64,000 nt of DNA from Octopus vulgaris (Eukaryota): positions 67,642,001 to 67,706,000 of the forward strand of contig OX597817.1 of NCBI GenBank assembly GCA_951406725.2, written 5' to 3'. The stretch's first letter is position 1; every line of letters begins with the position of its first letter. The notes beneath the pieces were generated by a model. That model was not told the DNA's origin and searched no databases. It saw nothing but the letters and a program-made list of their open reading frames with translations. Both the position numbers and the translations under genes were made by a program. Below, piece after piece: positions 40,275 to 52,734 of the stretch.

Positions 40275-40436
40275 GAGGGACTACTCAAAATGGCTGTAAA
40301 TGCCAGTGAGAGCCTTCAAACCCACAGGGAGTTAACCAACCTGGAGGGTACTACAGACACTGCTGGTGGCGGAAGTGGCTCTGTCTACAATGATCTTGAA
40401 GAATTTGAGAAGAGTATACATAATAGCTTTAATATG
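40275..40436 (+). CDS. Single coding exon of an unidentified host gene: (EGLLK)MAVNASESLQTHRELTNLEGTTDTAGGGSGSVYNDLEEFEKSIHNSFNM
   Basis: Long polypyrimidine tract with ctcac branch-like motif and TAG acceptor (40272-40274); ATG|GTGAGC donor at 40437. The exon is 162 nt, open in frame throughout, and richer in GC than its flanks. ATG 40290 lies in a caaaATGG context. Confidence 0.75.
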
Positions 40437-41414
40437 GTGAGCTTTCTTAATAATTTTATACACTCTCTCACACACATACATACATATGCACAATATTTTT
40501 ATTTTCCTTCTCTACATAGTATTAATGTTTGTTTGTTTTGTTTGTTTTGCTTTTTCTTTCAGCTTCTGCCTCTTGGCAAAATAGTTTTAAAGTATTAAAT
40601 TCCACTAACATTTTGTAATTATGGTGCACAAGATATTGGCGTCTAATTAAGTAAATTGGCAAGTTAGTTACAGTGTAGAAAATATGAACTTATAAACCGG
40701 GGTGAAAAGCGTGAAAGCGCCTTTAGAAATAGCACTGTGGAGTAGATATTAGTAAATAGGTGGCTGTCGGTGCTCCTGTTTATATTTATTTGTATAGGAC
40801 CCAGTCGGAGAGAAATGATTTAACTGATTCCAGGAGAAAACTTGTCAGCTGGGGAGCAGCTGCTATAATTGGGATATGATCCTCTAGCAGTATCTGTATG
40901 AGTGTGTATAAGCATGTGTGTCTATGTAAAATACATACATATGCATGCTCTTGCTTATATATTCATATATATATATATATGTGTGTGTCTGTCAGTTAAT
41001 ATTTAATGTGTATATATGAGCGTGTAAATGAATGTGCTTCAATGTAATAATAGGCAACAGGTTTTTGTTCTGGTGATGCCTGTTAAAAATATGACAGTTA
41101 CAAGTGGTTTTTTAAAGATATTTGATAACATTTATAACAGCTAAGTGAATCACTGATGTTATTCAAAAGGACACCTCTACACAGTTGCTCAACCTGCTAG
41201 AAATAGCAACCAAATCTAATTCAAATAATACCCCATTATTTTTAAAAGAATTAGTACAGTGCATTAAACTTTAATAATGTAATACAACTAGACAGATGGT
41301 GTGGTCATACCTGGAGTGTATTTGATCTGATCATACCTTTACTTGATCATTAATGACTTGGGGTTAAATGACAGCTGATGCTTAAAAATTTTCTACATGA
41401 TTGAAATAAATATC

Positions 41415-41785
41415 ATGTGGCTGTGTGACTAGGAAGCTTGCTTCCCAAACATGTAGTCCTGGATTCAATCCTGCAGCACAGCACCATAGACAAAAGTATC
41501 TTCTATAGTCTTAGGATGACCAAACCTTGTGAATGTGTGTGCATGTGCTTACTCTTGTCTTGACAACACATGGTGGTTGTATATGAGCATCATTGTCATA
41601 CCAGTGAAGTTCTTTGTTTCCAATCCTCTTTGAAGAGTATATCTAGTTATGAGAGACTGTTACTTTGTTTGGTAACAAGTGAGGGTTTGTAACAGAAAGG
41701 GTATCTGCCCATAGAAAAATCTGCATCCACAAATTCCACCTCACCCATGCAAGCCTGGAAAAGTGGACATTAAATGGTGATGCTC
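41415..41785 (+). mobile_element. Composite SINE: family A head with family C-type tail
   Basis: Same layout as 2660-3060. Confidence 0.7.
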
Positions 41786-42596
41786 TTATTGAATTTAGTG
41801 ATTAAAGAAAAAATGCCTAACTTTTATGTATACATACTGTCAAATCTATTGCAAGAATGTTAAGGCTGTTATTATCATCATACATCTATTTTTCATGCTG
41901 GCATGGGTTGTTCTATACTTGCATGGAGCAGATTGGATATGTTGAGGCAGATTCTCTACAGCTGGATGCCCTTCATATCACTGACCGTCACCCGTCTCCA
42001 AGCAATCTATTATTTCCCCATGATCGAACATATTGAAGAGTCGGAGACTGAACATGACTGACCTGCTAGTAACTGTTTACAAAATCACGTGGTCGCAGCA
42101 AAGAAGTACACACACTAAACTTTTTTCACTCACAAGGTTTTGGTTGGCCCATTGTTTTAAATAAAAAACACTTAACCAAGATACCAAACAGTGAGACTGA
42201 ATTGAACCTAAAACAAAATGACTGGGAAGCAAACTTTTTAACCACACATCTATGTCTGTGTGCTAAAAAAAGCTAATTCAAAATAATTGTGCAGTAGAAA
42301 AAAAGACTATATAAGTATGGAAAGTTATTGAGACAGCTTCAAACTTGCTTCTGTCTTATTTGACCTCCTCAGCAAAACCTAGACTTTAGCATACTCACCA
42401 TAGTAGAGAAGATAGATATTATGTAGCTATTTCTAATTAGTTTTACAGAAACAACAGAAGCATAAATACAGCATTGATGTGCCTAATACTATTTCACCCA
42501 TCTGTGACTATATTTCTATTGAAACACACATTGCCTCTGTTTCAACTAAAATTGAAAATAAATGAGAATTTCATAAAGTAACTGTGTCATTATTAA

Positions 42597-42860
42597 CCCT
42601 TTCACTGTGAAATTAAATTTTATGGCTATTCTGGTGATGATATTAAATATCTACTGGGGAAAAAAAAAAAAAAACAGAAGAAAAGAGCTGGTATTTTCTG
42701 CAAGTCGTGTTGCCTCGATAAACTTGACATATCTCAGCAGAAATCTGTTTCAAGCATGATGTTCCTGAACAAAAGATAGATTGGTATATAAAACTGCTTT
42801 TTGCAATTAAGGGTAATGAAATTTTGAGTGGATATATATATCTGCTTTTCACAGTAAAGC
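42597..42860. mobile_element. piggyBac-like MITE (family 2)
   Basis: ttaa|ccctttcactgtgaaa ... ttttcacagtaaagc; related to 33523-33947. Confidence 0.6.
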
Positions 42861-42872
42861 AGTCTAGATGAT

Positions 42873-43120
42873 ATTTTGTTTTTGGATTTAGTTTGCAAGA
42901 TTCTTTATGTGAGTTATGTGTTGAAACATATTCTGTTGTGTCTGGGGAGAGTCATTTTCTTTTTGTGCCTTATAATGTAACACACTCACCGGTAAAGGTT
43001 GCAAGACGCTATGAAAATTTTAGGAAAATAAAAATAAGAAATAAGTGGAAATTTTACTGGTGAGTGTGTTAGTTACATTATAAGGCACAAAAAGAAAATG
43101 ACTCTCCCCAGATACAACAG
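42873..43120. mobile_element. Insertion containing a ~63-bp inverted repeat and flanked by a 13-bp direct repeat
   Basis: Inverted arms at about 42933-42995 and 43052-43120. CAGTCTAGATGAT occurs at 42860-42872 and 43118-43130. Confidence 0.7.
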
Positions 43121-43188
43121 TCTAGATGATGTTTGGGACTTAAATTAATAAGTAATGCTGACAGCAAGTTTTAATTTTGAACACCTTT

Positions 43189-43484
43189 CAATGGTTCTCA
43201 ACTACTTTTTACTTATTGGACCCCTTTGATTCTTATGGATGGATCTCCATGGCCATTCACTCTATATAAAAAAAATCCTTTCGTATTTTCATAATTGATT
43301 ATTATTAGGAGTGGTATAGAAATTTTTTTTTTTATATTTTGTGTATTCATCATCATCATTATCATCATCGTTTAATGTCCGCCTCCCATGCTGGCATGGG
43401 TTGGACAGTGTAGCAATAACATCAATTTATTGCATATAAATTTTAACTATAAAATCTTATATGGACCCTGGATGAGAACCACTG
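43189..43484. mobile_element. hAT (Charlie-like) MITE with a nested SINE family C tail (-) at ~43347-43410
   Basis: TIRs caatggttctcaac and gatgagaaccactg; an 8-bp TSD is not preserved. Confidence 0.6.
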
Positions 43485-44026
43485 TGCTATATCATAGAAT
43501 CAGGGCCAGTCTGTGGCAGGTCGGTAACTAAAGAGTTGACTTTGTCCTTTCTACATTCTGATTTCAAATCCTACTGGTACCAACCTTTCATTCCCTTACA
43601 GTGAATAAAATAACTACCAAACATACAGTCTTTATACACCCATTTCTTACGGCCTTGAGCCAATAGGAAAAGTCAGTATTTTTAGTATCTTTAGACATAG
43701 CCACCACCCAATTGATGGATGTATTTTTTTTTATGAAGAGGGGAGGGGCAGTTATAGTCATATCATTATTATTTTTTATGTCTGAGCTGTTTATTTAGTG
43801 TTAATGACTTCCTGTTTGTATTTCTTTCATTTTAAAATCTCTATTGGACAGTTTTTTTGTTTTTTTTATTAATGTTTGCTTTTTTCTATACTACTGCTGC
43901 TGCTATTTTTCACCCAGTCTACTAAATTAAAGTTAGCTAATGTTTTTGCTCATATGTATGTGTGTATAAAAATCATAAGATGTAAATTAAATGTAATATA
44001 TAAATATGCTTGTATGTGTGTGTATA

Positions 44027-44058
<32 letters not shown>

Positions 44059-46127
44059 GTATATATATATATGTATATATATATATGTATATATATGAAT
44101 GGTATAATATTATCTAAATTCTAAATGCGTATTATTTTTGTACTTACAAATGCAATTTCCTCTCCTTTTTTTTGGTTTGAGGAGAAATTATGGTAAATTG
44201 AGAGTAAGTATATGGCTATTCCATTTAAATAAATGCCTTCTTGTATGGAAGAATGACTTTTGCTACAGCAGCCCTGTGGCTACTACCATGCAGAACATTG
44301 GGCTTGATTTCATTGTTTATTGAATTAATAAACATGATTGTATTAACTTAATATGAATTTTGAATTTGTTTATTGACAAAAAAAATTGACCGTTCTCTTA
44401 TTACTGGTTTCAAGAGTATTAGTGAGTTATATTGACCTCGGTATTTAGTGTGGTTCTTATTTTAACAAATGGTTGGGTTTACCTTGAGTTATGTTACTTT
44501 TTAGCGAGTAAGCTCACCTTACACTACAAGAAATTTACTCCAGTATACTCAGACTCAATTGCTTTCATATCACACACTTGCATGCATGCACAGACACATG
44601 CACCCACATATCAACATAGTTTTAATGATCACTTTTCTGTGCTTGCACGGGTCACATGATTACTTTGTTGCAGTAGATATTTCTACAACCTGATGCTCTT
44701 TCTGCTGTCAACCCTCACCTGTTTCCAATCAAGGTAATATTTCTGCTAGTCTAATAAATAATCTGGGTGTACAATTCTATATTTCTGATGAGGACTACTT
44801 ACCACTCTGACTAATTACATAATCTGGACATTCTTTCACAGAGGATTGCTTACAAACAACATTGTTTGTATGACCAGTGACAATTAGTATGCATATGGCA
44901 ACACAGGGGAAATACAACTCTTGTGTTCATTTGTGCATGTGTGTATGCACACACATAACCAGATCCAGCCTCTTGCACCTACCCTACATTGTCATTCTAA
45001 AAATAAGCTATCATATCATTGAAATCTTGAGGCTATGAAAAAATGCATGATCTGAACAATTAAGTATTGCATTTGATAGCTGGCTAAAAGTACCAATGAT
45101 AATATACAGGAGACTATGTATGTGTGTGTGTGTGTGTGTATATATGTATGTGTAAGTGGGTGTATAGTGGTGTCTGTATCTCCTTGTCTTAAAATTGTTT
45201 GATAGTTGTAAATGAGTGTCGGTCACTTAAACATTGCTGTCATGAGGAAATATAGCCTTACTTGGAAACGGGAGAGGGTTGGCAACAGGGAGGGCATCCA
45301 GCTGTAAAAAATATGCCTCAGTAAATTCTGTCTAGAAAAGTGGACATTATGATGAGGAGGAGGAGAAGAGGGAGGATATTCTCTTTTGTTTTTTTATTAT
45401 TATGTTCTTTGTTTTGGGTTCTCACAGGAAGAGTTGCAAAGGAAGAAACGCTTGCATAATGCAACTGTGCTTGTAACTTCTCAGTGAACTGCATGACCTG
45501 CTATCACTTCCATTTGCACCTGCTTCACTTCTATTCAAATCTTCTCAATTCTCTCTCCCTTATAAGAATTTTAGGCTCCATGCCTTTGTAAAGTAACCAT
45601 TAATCAAAAGGAGTAATCGCAAGATATTTTAGATATAAATCATTAGAGTTCTCTACTCATCCACCTTGTCCTAGTTTTGGTTTTTGAAATACTGAAGTAT
45701 ATTTTCCTTCACTGACTTTTCTTTCTTCTTTCCTTCATATCTGACTCCCATTTCCCTGTTTGGGCAAGGAAAAGGAAGAGTTGTGAACATCTTTGTTTAT
45801 TATTTACTTTTGTTGTAGTCTTTTTCTCTTACAAGCTTAGCCAAACTAAAATCTATTTAAAACAGTTTTTTTTTTTTTTTTTTAACATTTTATAGAAAAC
45901 ATTCATGTTATATCCTCTAGAAATGCAAGGAAAAACTCTTCAAAATATGATGTCACAAATATTTAAGATAAAGTAAAGTACTACTATTTGCTTTTTATTC
46001 ACCTCACTTTGCGCCTTGCAGATAATACTGGACTGGCTTGGTGCATCAACTTAAGTACCTTATTTGACTGAATCTTATATATATATATACATATACATAC
46101 ACATACATACATACATGCATACATACA

Positions 46128-46159
<32 letters not shown>

Positions 46160-47092
46160 CATATATATAGAGAGAGAAAGAGAGAAATTGGAAACATAGG
46201 AAAAGAAAAAAAAGCGAGTCCCATGTGAAAAATAGAACCCATATCCTCTAGTTATGACATTGATGCTATTAGCTCTTATTTCTACATAATTTGTAAGTGA
46301 GAAAAATAGAGATGAAGATCATGAGATGCATAATGTACAAAGGTGGTTTGAAAACTGAATTGTCACTTTGGTAAATAGTTTTGACAAAGAAATCTTAGAA
46401 AATAGTATGATGTTAGTTCTGTAAACATTTAACTTGGTTGAACAAAGAACTTGTTGAAGAGCAGATGTCATATCACTTTAGGTTGGGTTTATGACACATG
46501 CAGGAATAAAGTGCACATTTGGGAGCCATCTAGGAATGTGGCAAATGTGAAAATTTCTTGCTTTATTTTTTATGCTAATTTAAATTTTGCATTAGAAACT
46601 CTTTAAAACCAAAGACTGTAGGATTTTCAATTTCCAGAAGTTTGTGCATGACTACAACTTAATGAAAACAAGCCAGACCGAGTACATATTATTTAGTAAT
46701 TGGATATGTAAGTAAAAACATAGCTAAAACATGTCATAAAGAATTCTTATTATTATCAATATTGCAAAACATGAATATTATTTGGTTGTTAAAGAAGCAT
46801 TTTAGGAAATTATTTAGTCATAATGAAGTGTGGAATCAGTACATAGCATGGGGCTAAAACATGCTTTATGTTATCTAACTCACTACTTGTAATTACTCTG
46901 GAATTGGTAAAATTAGAATCAGTTCTGAAGTGCAAGTGTACTGTAGTCTGTTTAGAAAGGATATCACTCACTGTTTGCCTAAGGGACTGGACCTGAGTTG
47001 AGCGAAAATGGGAAATAAGAAAAGTGTATATTTGCCAGCTAACATCCTGTAGGTGAAAGCTTTTGTAAAATACATTTCTTACTACTGTTTAA

Positions 47093-47496
47093 CCCTTTTG
47101 AGACACAGTGTTTTGGTATGTGTAGCCAAAAAGACCCAATTTTTTTTCTGTTGTGATTGAACTTGGTGGGTTCAAGTAGAAACAAGGGATAAAGTTCCTA
47201 AAACTACTTTATTAGTATGTAAAACTATATATATTATGAAAGCTTGTAAACTGCACAATACATCTGTCACAATATGAAAACCAAAAATAACACAGTACAT
47301 ATAAATTAATAAAATAATAAGCATAAATGTTTCTGTGAAAGAAAAAAAATGTACTGAAAGTCAATCTCTGATTGACTATTACACTTGAAAATCAATCATT
47401 CGCAATTCGTTTCATTGGGCTGATAGATTGGCCTCAAAGTCCTTTCCAGCTTGTGTCACTTGTGTTTCATCAAATGGGCCTGGTGTCCCAAGAGAG
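47093..47496. mobile_element. TTAA-flanked piggyBac-like MITE (family 3), longer copy
   Basis: ttaa|cccttttgagacac ... gtgtcccaagagag|ttaa. Confidence 0.8.
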
Positions 47497-48268
47497 TTAA
47501 CTCAAATTTAGCTCTGATTGAGTGAACCAATTTGCAAAATGAATTCCAGTTTAACCATTCAGTCTTTTCAAGACACATTGCATCAAGAACTATTTTTTTC
47601 TAGCATATCTTTTATTTAAGACAGATGGTGTGATTTAAGGGCAATTTGATTGCCATTTCTAGTAGGTGGAGCAAACACAGGATCTCAGTGTATGTAGTAA
47701 TTATAGATGGAGTTACTTAAAATAATATTGTAGAAAATATTTTTAACGATTGTATTGATTTAGTTCTGATCTATATATCATTAGGTACTGGAGTATAAAT
47801 TGGAAGGATATTTGTAATATATGCTAGAGTAAAGCTGGCTGCTACAATAAAAACAAGAAATCCTTTTAATCCTTTCTATAATTCCAAATTTATGAAGACA
47901 TGCAAGCATGGTTATGCAGTTAAAATATTAGATTGCAAAAATGTAGTTCCAGGTTTGACCCCACTGCACGTGGAACTCCAAATTATCTCCCCTTTGAGAG
48001 AAGAGAGGGGGCGATAATCTCCTGAATTGAGAATATTCCAAAATTGACAAGCAGTTAAGGGGGTCTGATTGACTGGGAACAGTCTGAAGTTTGAGTTCAA
48101 CTTTTACAGAAAAAAAACAGAACTGAGGTGTGGATTTTGCCATTTCTTTGCTAGAAAAAAGATTCTTTACATGAATCAGATTTGTTTTAAATAATGATAC
48201 CGTTATATAAGTAGGATTTGTCTCTCAAAGATTAAGATATCTATCTTTTTCATGTTTTGTAGTATTAA

Positions 48269-48485
48269 CCCTCTTGGGACACCCAGGCCAATTCATTAGC
48301 CCAAAAGTGATACAAGGTGAAAGGATTTTGAGGCCAATCCATCAGCCAGATGGAACAAATGATTGGTTTTGAAGTGTAATAGCTACTCAGAGATCATCTT
48401 TCAGTAGATGTATCTGAACAGATAAAATGGGGTTTTTTTTTGGGGGGGGGGTACACATACCAAAACACCCTGTGCCTCAAAAGGG
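48269..48485. mobile_element. piggyBac-like MITE (family 3), internally deleted copy inverted relative to 47093-47496
   Basis: ttaa|ccctcttgggacacccaggcc...ttgaggccaatccatcagcc...cacataccaaaacac...ctcaaaaggg is the reverse complement of both ends of the first copy. Confidence 0.8.
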
Positions 48486-50840
48486 GTAAATGCTTGAATA
48501 ATTCAATAGCAAGAAGCCCAAAGATTTTGGGAAGGGTGCTAATTGTAATTTAAATACTAAAGAATATTTATTTATGAATATGGTTTTTAGGGAGTTGGAT
48601 ACATGTGAAATTCTACTACTACTACTGCTAGTAGTAGTAGTAGTGCTATCAGCTTCCTAAAATGTCTCTATTGAACCAAATACAATTATTTTCCTAACTA
48701 GATTCTAGTCAACTTCACTACCAACCTCCTTGGAAAATCAAATTTAAAAAATAATAATATAGAAATTCAAATATTAATCAAATAAAAACTATGAAATAAT
48801 TAGAGAAATTGTGTAAAAATTGAGTAAAAAAAAAATGTAAGTAGATGACCTGTATTGGGTGAGTGTCAGGACCACTTCACTAGACAAAAGACATCTTATA
48901 TAGAAAGCTTATTATCCAGAAGGCTAGGCTGACCAGCTAAAAGAGACCTCCTATGTAGTTGACCCTAGCAACTCATCATTGAGATAAAGGAAACAAGAAG
49001 GGGTAGCTATAGCCTACTATAATACACTTGTTGCTTTTTTCTTTCTTTGTGGTTGAGTTTTTAACACCACATTCAGCAATTTTAACAGAATTTAGTAGCT
49101 GCAGGCTCCTTAACTATGACAGGAATTTTTATGTTTTTGTTTGTATGTGGTACATTTTTAAGCTTTCACTTTTAGTTGTTTGTTTATATTTATTTCTTTT
49201 TCTTTTTTTTTTTTAAGCCTGGGTATAGAAATCTGTGTGTAGAGTAACAATGGCTCTCCTTTAGATTTTCAGCCTTTCTAGAATGAATAGCTAAAACATT
49301 TTCTTTGCATTATCTATAATCTTGAGGTTTGGATCAACACAAGTTAATACATGTAAGGTCTTATTGAAGGCAGCATATTTAGACAGAACAGTTCATTCCT
49401 AACACAGTGGACTAGCTATGGCTTATCTTCATAATATACTTGATGCTGGAATTAACTTTGATTTGACTGTGACGTTAGCTAGCTTCTTGATCCAAAACAA
49501 GGTATAAATAACTTTCAAATTATAGATACAACAAAACATTCTCTGCTTTTAGGTAGCCTTTCATAAGATATTATTGATGTCTGTTAGCCCCATGTCAAGT
49601 TTGATTTAGCTGGCCTATGGTGAAAGATTCCTTCCCAATGTTTGGCAGTCTGTTTCAGTCTACATTATCTCAGCAGCAATAACAACAAAATCTAATCTAC
49701 ACTGTAACTTATCATAGGAAAGGCATCCAGCTTAAAAAAAAAACATGCCAAAGTATGAAGAGGAACATCCAGAGAATATATGGAGTAAAGGGAACTCTTT
49801 AATCTTATCAGGGATGACCTCTTTTGTACCTCAAAGATAGTTGGTTTTCTTAAGTACCAAACCAGATTTTTAAGACCATGACAATTTTGAAGATGCTGTA
49901 AATTTCATCATGAAATTTGGATATAAAAATGATATATTTATCAATTGATAAAGAGACTGATAAACTAGAATGGAGAAATCAATACTTAGTACATATGTTT
50001 TCAGTTAGCATTTATTGTTACTGTAGTCAGCTCTGATGGAACAAACTTATAAGCCAAGCAACTGCATACAGGCTCTCACATGGGTTCATCTCTTGACATT
50101 TTCTTCAATATTGCACCATGTAGCCCTCCAAAATATTTTGAACATGCTAACATTTCTTCTATTGTAATTTATGTTGTTATTGCCTTTCCAGTAAACACTA
50201 ATTGTGTTTGAGCCAATGAAAGACCCTCTGTGTGATTTTTCAACTAGCTAGGAGTAACAGTTAAATCTCCCTCAAACCATATCATATATAGTCTTTGAAT
50301 AAAGACCCATTCAGCAGTTTAAAAAATAAAAACACATTCAACAATGTAGTCCAAATACACTATACGAAACGGTAATGGTATAGTGAGTGCTGTTATGCCT
50401 TTCTTTGTAAGCCAGCTCAATAGCATTAATTGAATTAGTGATATTTAAATATGTTGATAAACTGTATGCATATAGTCTATATCTCATGTGTAAACTTGCT
50501 TCCTTTACTGCAAAAAGCATTTCCTTATAGCTTACACATGCTCTCACTGAATACGAAATGAATGACTAACAACCAATTTACAACTATTGCGCAGTGTCAA
50601 GACAAGATGGTAGGCTTCTTTCAGTTTCCATTTACTAAATCTGTTCATAAGGCTTTGGTTTGATTCAGAGTTATGGCAGAACAAACATGCTCAAAATACC
50701 ATGCAGTGAGATTGAACCTGGAACCATAAAGTCGGGAAGCAAGCTTTTTTACCACACAACATGAACTTTTATATTTATGAATTCAGAAACTATTCAATTC
50801 ATGAATATACATTTATTTTTATTGCTTTATATATATATAT

Positions 50841-51217
50841 ATAGGTGTAGGAGTGGCTGTGTGGTAAGTAGCTTGCTCACCAACCACATGGTTCCAGGTT
50901 CAGTCCCATTGCGTGGCACCTTGGGCAAATGTCTTCTACTATAGCCTCGGGCCAACCAAAGCCTTGTGAGTGGATTTGGTAGACAGAAACTGAAAGAAGC
51001 TTGTCGTATATATGTATGTGTGTCTGTGTTTATCCCCCACCCCAACATCGCTTGACAACCAATTTTGGTGTGTTTACGTCCCCGTCACTTAGCGGTTCGG
51101 CAAAAGAGGTTGACAGAATAATTACTAGGCTTACAAAGAATAAGTCTTGGGTTCGATTTGCTCAACTAAAGGCAGTGCTCCAGCATGGCCACAGTCAAAT
51201 GACTGAAACAAATAAAA

Positions 51218-51220
<3 letters not shown>
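50841..51220 (+). mobile_element. SINE family A, best-preserved full-length copy
   Basis: tRNA-like head (tggctgtgtggtaag A-box-like, ggttcagtccc B-box-like), then ggcaccttgggcaaatgtcttctactatagcc, a (TG)n linker, and a 3' part ending actgaaacaaataaaag. Confidence 0.9.
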
Positions 51221-51253
<33 letters not shown>

Positions 51254-52734
51254 CACACAGTGATACTTTCTTTTATCTTTTACGTTTCCCTTGTTCTGGT
51301 CATTAAACTGCGACCATGCTATAGCACTGCCTCAAAGAATTTTTTCTGGGGTTTTTTTCCTTTTTTTTTTTTTTAGCTTGATACTTATTCTATCAGCTCC
51401 CTTTTGCTGAACTGTTAAGTTACGGGGATGTAAACACACATACACAATGCAATTCTGTAATTCTTTCAGTTTCCATCTTCCAAATCCACTCACAAGGCTT
51501 TGGTAGGTCCACACAGCCATGCCGGCACCTAAATAAATGGAATAAAAAAAATAAACACATTAAAGGTATGGAATGGTCTGCTGTGTAGTAAACAGAAAAA
51601 CATAGAATGTGTGTTAGATTTGGTGTAGTAAGACACAGCAAAAGCAGAGAGGATGCATTTGTGAGTGCACACACACATACACCATGAGAAGTAAAAATTC
51701 TCGTCTAGCTTTCTCAAAGATGGTCACTAATTAACAGAAGGTTGAAATTTGCACGTGCATAAACTTGTACACGTGAGCAAGTAAAATGCGTGCACATGCA
51801 CGCACACACACACACACATATATTGTTATTACATGGATAATACTGTTGTGTGTATGTGTGGTATATATACATATCATTTTGTAATGTAATTTATGGAAAC
51901 GAAAATATATTTTTTACATGGTGCATGCAATATCTCATATAGAACTTAATCTAACAAGCACACACACACTTACATATAGGCATAGATTTTGCAGGTTAAT
52001 GTGTTTTCTAAAACCAACTAAAATAAAAACTAGTCTCTTCATTTTAAATTAGACACTATCAAAACTACTACCACCACCACCACCACCAGTACTACTACTA
52101 ATGTTGAGTATTGGAGTCTATCCTTATTTAATTAGCTGCTTGCTCTAGGATATTAACTCCTTCATGAGTCTGTTTGGACAAGGCATGTTTGATAAACCAC
52201 TTGATACTGGACATTTTATCCAGAACACCTGTGGTCATTCAAAGATGTGTAGTGAGAGAGATAGAGAGATTTTTCTGTTTTTTTTTTTTCTTTTTTTGAT
52301 AATATAAAATTGGCAAGCACATTTTGAAAATTGCTTGCCTTTAAGGCAATGCTGACTGGTTTGACCTGATGACCTCTTGACCTATCCTCCTTCTCTCCCT
52401 CTCTCTCTAATTCTCTAAGCCCCACCTTCTGCTTTCTGTCAACTTTGGCCCTTTAACTCAGATCCTTTTCCTTGTGTAAACAAAAATGTAGTATTAAAGA
52501 GGGAAGGGCTGATAGCCACTCTTCTAGTATGCTTCTGATTTGACAGACAAAAAAAAAAAAAGAAACATAAAAATAATGCCTTCTCCTATCCACCTGAGTT
52601 AGTAGTAGTTGATAGTTTAATCATGTGATGGTGAAGCCCTTGTTCTCATGATGATACCTAAATAGAAAAGGGGGTTGTATATAATTTCAGTTAAGTCTCT
52701 TCTCACTACATCAGTTACACACACACACACATGT

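Noticed and set aside
40437-40598. C-terminal half of ORF 40290-40598
   Set aside because: Intronic read-through past the GTGAGC donor into low-complexity sequence.
44784-44830. CTGATGAG motif as a hammerhead or snoRNA box
   Set aside because: No stem II or GAAA box follows; expected by chance.
50841-50915. tRNA-like A/B boxes
   Set aside because: These are SINE heads repeated many times with body and tail; no cloverleaf could be supported, so no tRNA gene is called.
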